DNA from: Mobula hypostoma
Lineage: Eukaryota
DNA: 64,000 nt
Assembly (NCBI RefSeq): GCF_963921235.1
Contig: NC_086099.1
Coordinates: forward strand, 126,294,001 to 126,358,000
Direction of reading: 5' to 3'
Notes under the pieces: model-generated
Seen by the model: the letters and a program-made list of their open reading frames with translations, nothing else
Told to the model about the DNA's origin: nothing
The model's database searches: none
Translations under genes and position numbers: made by a program
Part shown: positions 60,394 through 64,000 of the stretch, in pieces
Layout of the letters: every line of letters starts with the position of its first letter
How positions within the stretch are numbered: the stretch's first letter is position 1

Positions 60394-63165
60394 AGTCATA
60401 GAGTCACAGAGACGTACAGCACAGAATCAGGCACTTTGACCCATCTAGTTCATGCAGAAACCATTTAAACTGCTTACTCCCATCGACCTGCACCAGGACC
60501 ATAGCCATTCATATCCCTGCTATCTTTGTACCTATCCAAACTTCTCTTAAACGTTGAAATCGAGCTTGCATGGACCATGTTCTGGCAGCTCATTCCACAC
60601 TCTCATGACCCTCTGAGTGCAAATGTTTCCCCTCATGTTTCCGCTAAACTTCTCACTTTTCACCCTTAGCCCATGACTACCTATACCTCTCAGAGTTTTG
60701 TATAACTTTTGAATCTCCTCTCGGTCTTCTATGTTCTAAGGAATGAAGTACGAAGCTATTCAATCTTTCCTTATAAGTCAGGTCCTCCAGACCCAGCAAC
60801 ATCCTTGTAAGTTTCTCTGCACGCTTTCAACCTTGTTTACATCTTTCCTGTAGGTAGGTGACCAAACCTACACACTATACTCCAAATTAGGCCTCATCAA
60901 TATCTTATACAATTTCACCATGACATCCCATCTTCTGTACTCCATATACTGATTTATGAAGGTCAATGCAGCAAAAGCTTTTGTCATGATCCAATCTACC
61001 TGTGACACCATCTTCAATGAATTATGTACCTGTATTCCCAGATGCATTTTTTCTACCACACTCCTCAGTGCCCTAGGGCTCACTGGTTGGTCCCACTGAT
61101 GTGCGAAACCTCACACTTGTTTGCATTACATCCCATCTGCCATTTTTCAGCCTATTTTTCCAACTGATGCAGATCCCTCTGCAAGGCATGACAGTCTTCC
61201 TCACTGACCACTACACCCCCAATTTTGGGGTCATATGCAAATTTGCTGATCCAATTAACCACATTATCTTCCAGATCATTGATATAGATGACAAACAACA
61301 ACACACCCAGCACCAGTTCCTGTGGCACACCACTAGTCACAGGCCTCCGGTCAGAGAGGCAACCATCTACTACCACTCTTTGACCTCTCCCACAAAGCCA
61401 ATGTCTAATCCAATTTATTACCTCATCCACAATGCCAAGCAACTGAACCATCTTGACCAGCCTCCCATGTGGGACCTTGTCAAATGCCTTGCTAAAGTCC
61501 ATGTAGACAACATCCACTGCCTTGCCTTCATCCACTTTCCTGGTAACTTCCTCGAAAGCCTCTATAAGATTGGTTAGACATAATCTACCCATGCACGAAG
61601 CCATGCTGACTATCCTTAGACAACCCATGTCTATCCAAATACATATATATCTGGTCCTTTAGAATACCTTCCAATAAACTTCCCACAACTGATGTCAGAC
61701 TGGCTGAAAATTTCTTAGTTTCAGTTTAGAGCCTTTTTTAAACAGCAGAACGACATTTGCTCTCCTCCAATCCTCCGATACCTTTCCTGTCGCAAATGAT
61801 GCTTTAAATATCTCTGCTGGGGCCCGGTGATTTCTGTACATGCCTCCCGGAGGGAGAGAGCATCTTGTCAGGCCCTGGGGGTTTGTCCAGCTTGATTTGC
61901 TTCAGGGTAGCAAACACTTCCTTCTCTTCTGTAATCTGTATAGGGTCAATGATGCTGCTTTGCTTCAGTTCTATAGACTCTCTATCCATTTCCTGAGTAA
62001 GTACAGATGCAAAGAATGCACTCACGATCTCTCCATCTGTTTTGGATCCACACATGGATTACCATTCTAGTCTTCCAGAGGACCGATCTTGTTCCTAACA
62101 GTCCTTTTGCTCTTAACATACCTGTAGAATTCCTTGTGATTCTCTTTCACCTTGTCTGCTAAAGCAGCTCCATGCCTTCTTTTAGGTTTCCTGATTTCTT
62201 TCCTGAGTGATCTCTTGCATTTCTTGTACTCCATAAGTACCTCATTTGTTCCTGTTTTCTTACCTTGCACCTCCTTCTTTCTCTTAACCATGGCCTCAAT
62301 ATCTCTAGAAAACCAAGGTTTCCTACTCTTGTTATTTTTACTTTTTATTCTGATAGGCACATGCAAGCTTTGTACTCCCAAAATTTCATTTTTGAAGGCC
62401 TCCCACTTTCCAAGTACACCTTTGCCAGAGAACAGCCCGTCCCAATCCACACTTGCCAGATCAGTGCTGAAACCATCAAAATTGGCCTTTCTGCAGTTTA
62501 CAATCTCAACCCTGGGACCAGTCCTATCTCCTTGCATATGTACTTTGAAGCTAATGGCATTGTGGTCGCAGGATGCAAAGTGTTCCCTGACACAAACTTC
62601 TGTCACCTGCCCTGTCACATTCCCTAATAGTAAATCCAATATTGCATGCTCTCTCATTGGTACTTCTAAGTACCGATGAAGGTAACTTTCCGGAACACAT
62701 TTGACAAACTCTATCCCATATAGTCCTTTTATAGTAAGGGAGCTCCAGTCAATATGTGGAAAGTTAAAATCATTTACGATAACAGCCTTATGTTTCCTTG
62801 CAGCACTCTGCAATCTGTTTATAAATTTGTTCCTCTAAATCCCTAGGACTGTCGGATGGTCTGTAATATAGCCCCACTGACATGGTCATACCATTCTTAT
62901 TTCTCAGTTCCACCTATAATGTCTCACTAGTCGAGTTCTCCAGTCTGTCCTGATGGAGCACTGCTGTGACATTTTCCCTGACTAGTTACGCCACCCCTAC
63001 TCCTTCAATCCTTCCCACTCTGTCACGTCTATAACAATGGAAGCCCAGAATATTGAGCTGCCAGTCCTGTTCCTCCTGCAACCAAGTCTCACTAATGGCC
63101 ACAATGTTGTAATTTCAGGAGTTGACCCATGCCTTGAGCTCATCCCTCTCTCCTATGATACTTCG
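60394..63165 (-). mobile_element. CR1 LINE, most of ORF2, decayed
   Basis: ORF 62067-62813 DFNFPHIDW..ILDLLL..CDHNAI (APE); ORF 61152-61628 YMDFSKAFDKVPH..SGVPQ (RT). Confidence 0.92.
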
Positions 63166-63242
63166 TGCTTACTTGCTAACTTACTTTCTACCTTGTATCA
63201 TATATGCAACCTATTATTTGTCAACTTATTTATGGTAATATT

Positions 63243-64000
63243 ACTTCTGGTTAAGATGGCACTAGAACGTGTGCAACTGCTTCCTGGTAGTCAAAAATCT
63301 AGGAAATTTGACCATAAACTACACTAAAGTTATCTATTCTGAGGTTAATTGTGTTAAATTATTGCTGTAGGCAGTGAAGGAACAAACGATGGCAAAGTGA
63401 TTTCCGGGGCTGAATCGATGCTGATGGAGTTCGGATGCCTGTACAAGTGGTCTGGGTGGATCTCCCTTGGCACTGTAAGAAGTCAATGCCTGGTCAGAGG
63501 AAATTTGATTTCAATGCTCATACAACAGGCCTGGGTGCAAAGTTGACCTCTCTGGGCGCTGAGCTGATTTGAAGAGCTTGAGAGCAGCTTTGGGCTGGGT
63601 GACAAGATCTGGGCTGGAGCGAGTCACTGGGGAGCGTGGTCTAGGCCCGGGGCCTCTCACAGCAGTGGTACTTGGGCCCTAGTGTGAGGTACAATGGACC
63701 TGTTCAGACAATTTAAACATTGGCCCAGATCAGAGGTGAGAGCCAATTTAGCCTGGTCGCCGCAACCTTCACTCCACTCTTCAGGGAGTGGAGCTTTTCG
63801 CTGTTCCGTCAATGGGTCAATTTAAACACCGGTCCAGATAGACTGAAAAGACAGTAGTTGGTCGAGATGACAGCCAGTTACGCTCATTCTCCATGATGGT
63901 CATCTTTATAGCGCTGAAGCTATGAAGACTGCCCTGACTGCTGCGCTACGTGCCCGCTAATATGATGAACTGATAACTGAGGCTTTGGGCCTGCTCTGGG
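63243..64000 (+). mobile_element. Probable 5' part of a non-coding retroposon, running off the window
   Basis: Starts CTTCTGGTTAAGATGGCAC (LINE-like 5' motif); internal duplication of CAATTTAAACA..GG.CCAGAT. Confidence 0.4.

Overview
This is eukaryotic, AT-rich (~42% GC by eye), repeat-dominated DNA. The repeat set (abundant CR1 LINEs, V-SINE/HE1-type SINEs, Penelope-derived fragments, Rex1/Babar, RTE, L1, L2, Tc1, Gypsy) is typical of a cartilaginous fish, probably a ray or shark (inference). I could not support any host protein-coding exon. All long ORFs are transposon-derived, so the window looks intronic or intergenic. Notable observations: (1) ~100-bp Penelope-derived units with intact minimal hammerhead ribozymes, one with a 13-bp target-site duplication (TSD); (2) a composite Tc1-type non-autonomous element with a hairpin MITE at each end, present twice; (3) a ~95-bp inverted copy of nearby unique DNA inserted into one of those copies; (4) a duplicated ~180-bp unclassified element with hairpin potential; (5) a G4-prone 16-bp minisatellite with an exact 128-bp higher-order repeat; (6) a still-open Gypsy RNaseH-integrase frame; (7) strong CTCF and ETS-IRF motifs in unique DNA. 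Element boundaries were read by eye and are approximate unless a TSD or TIR is cited.
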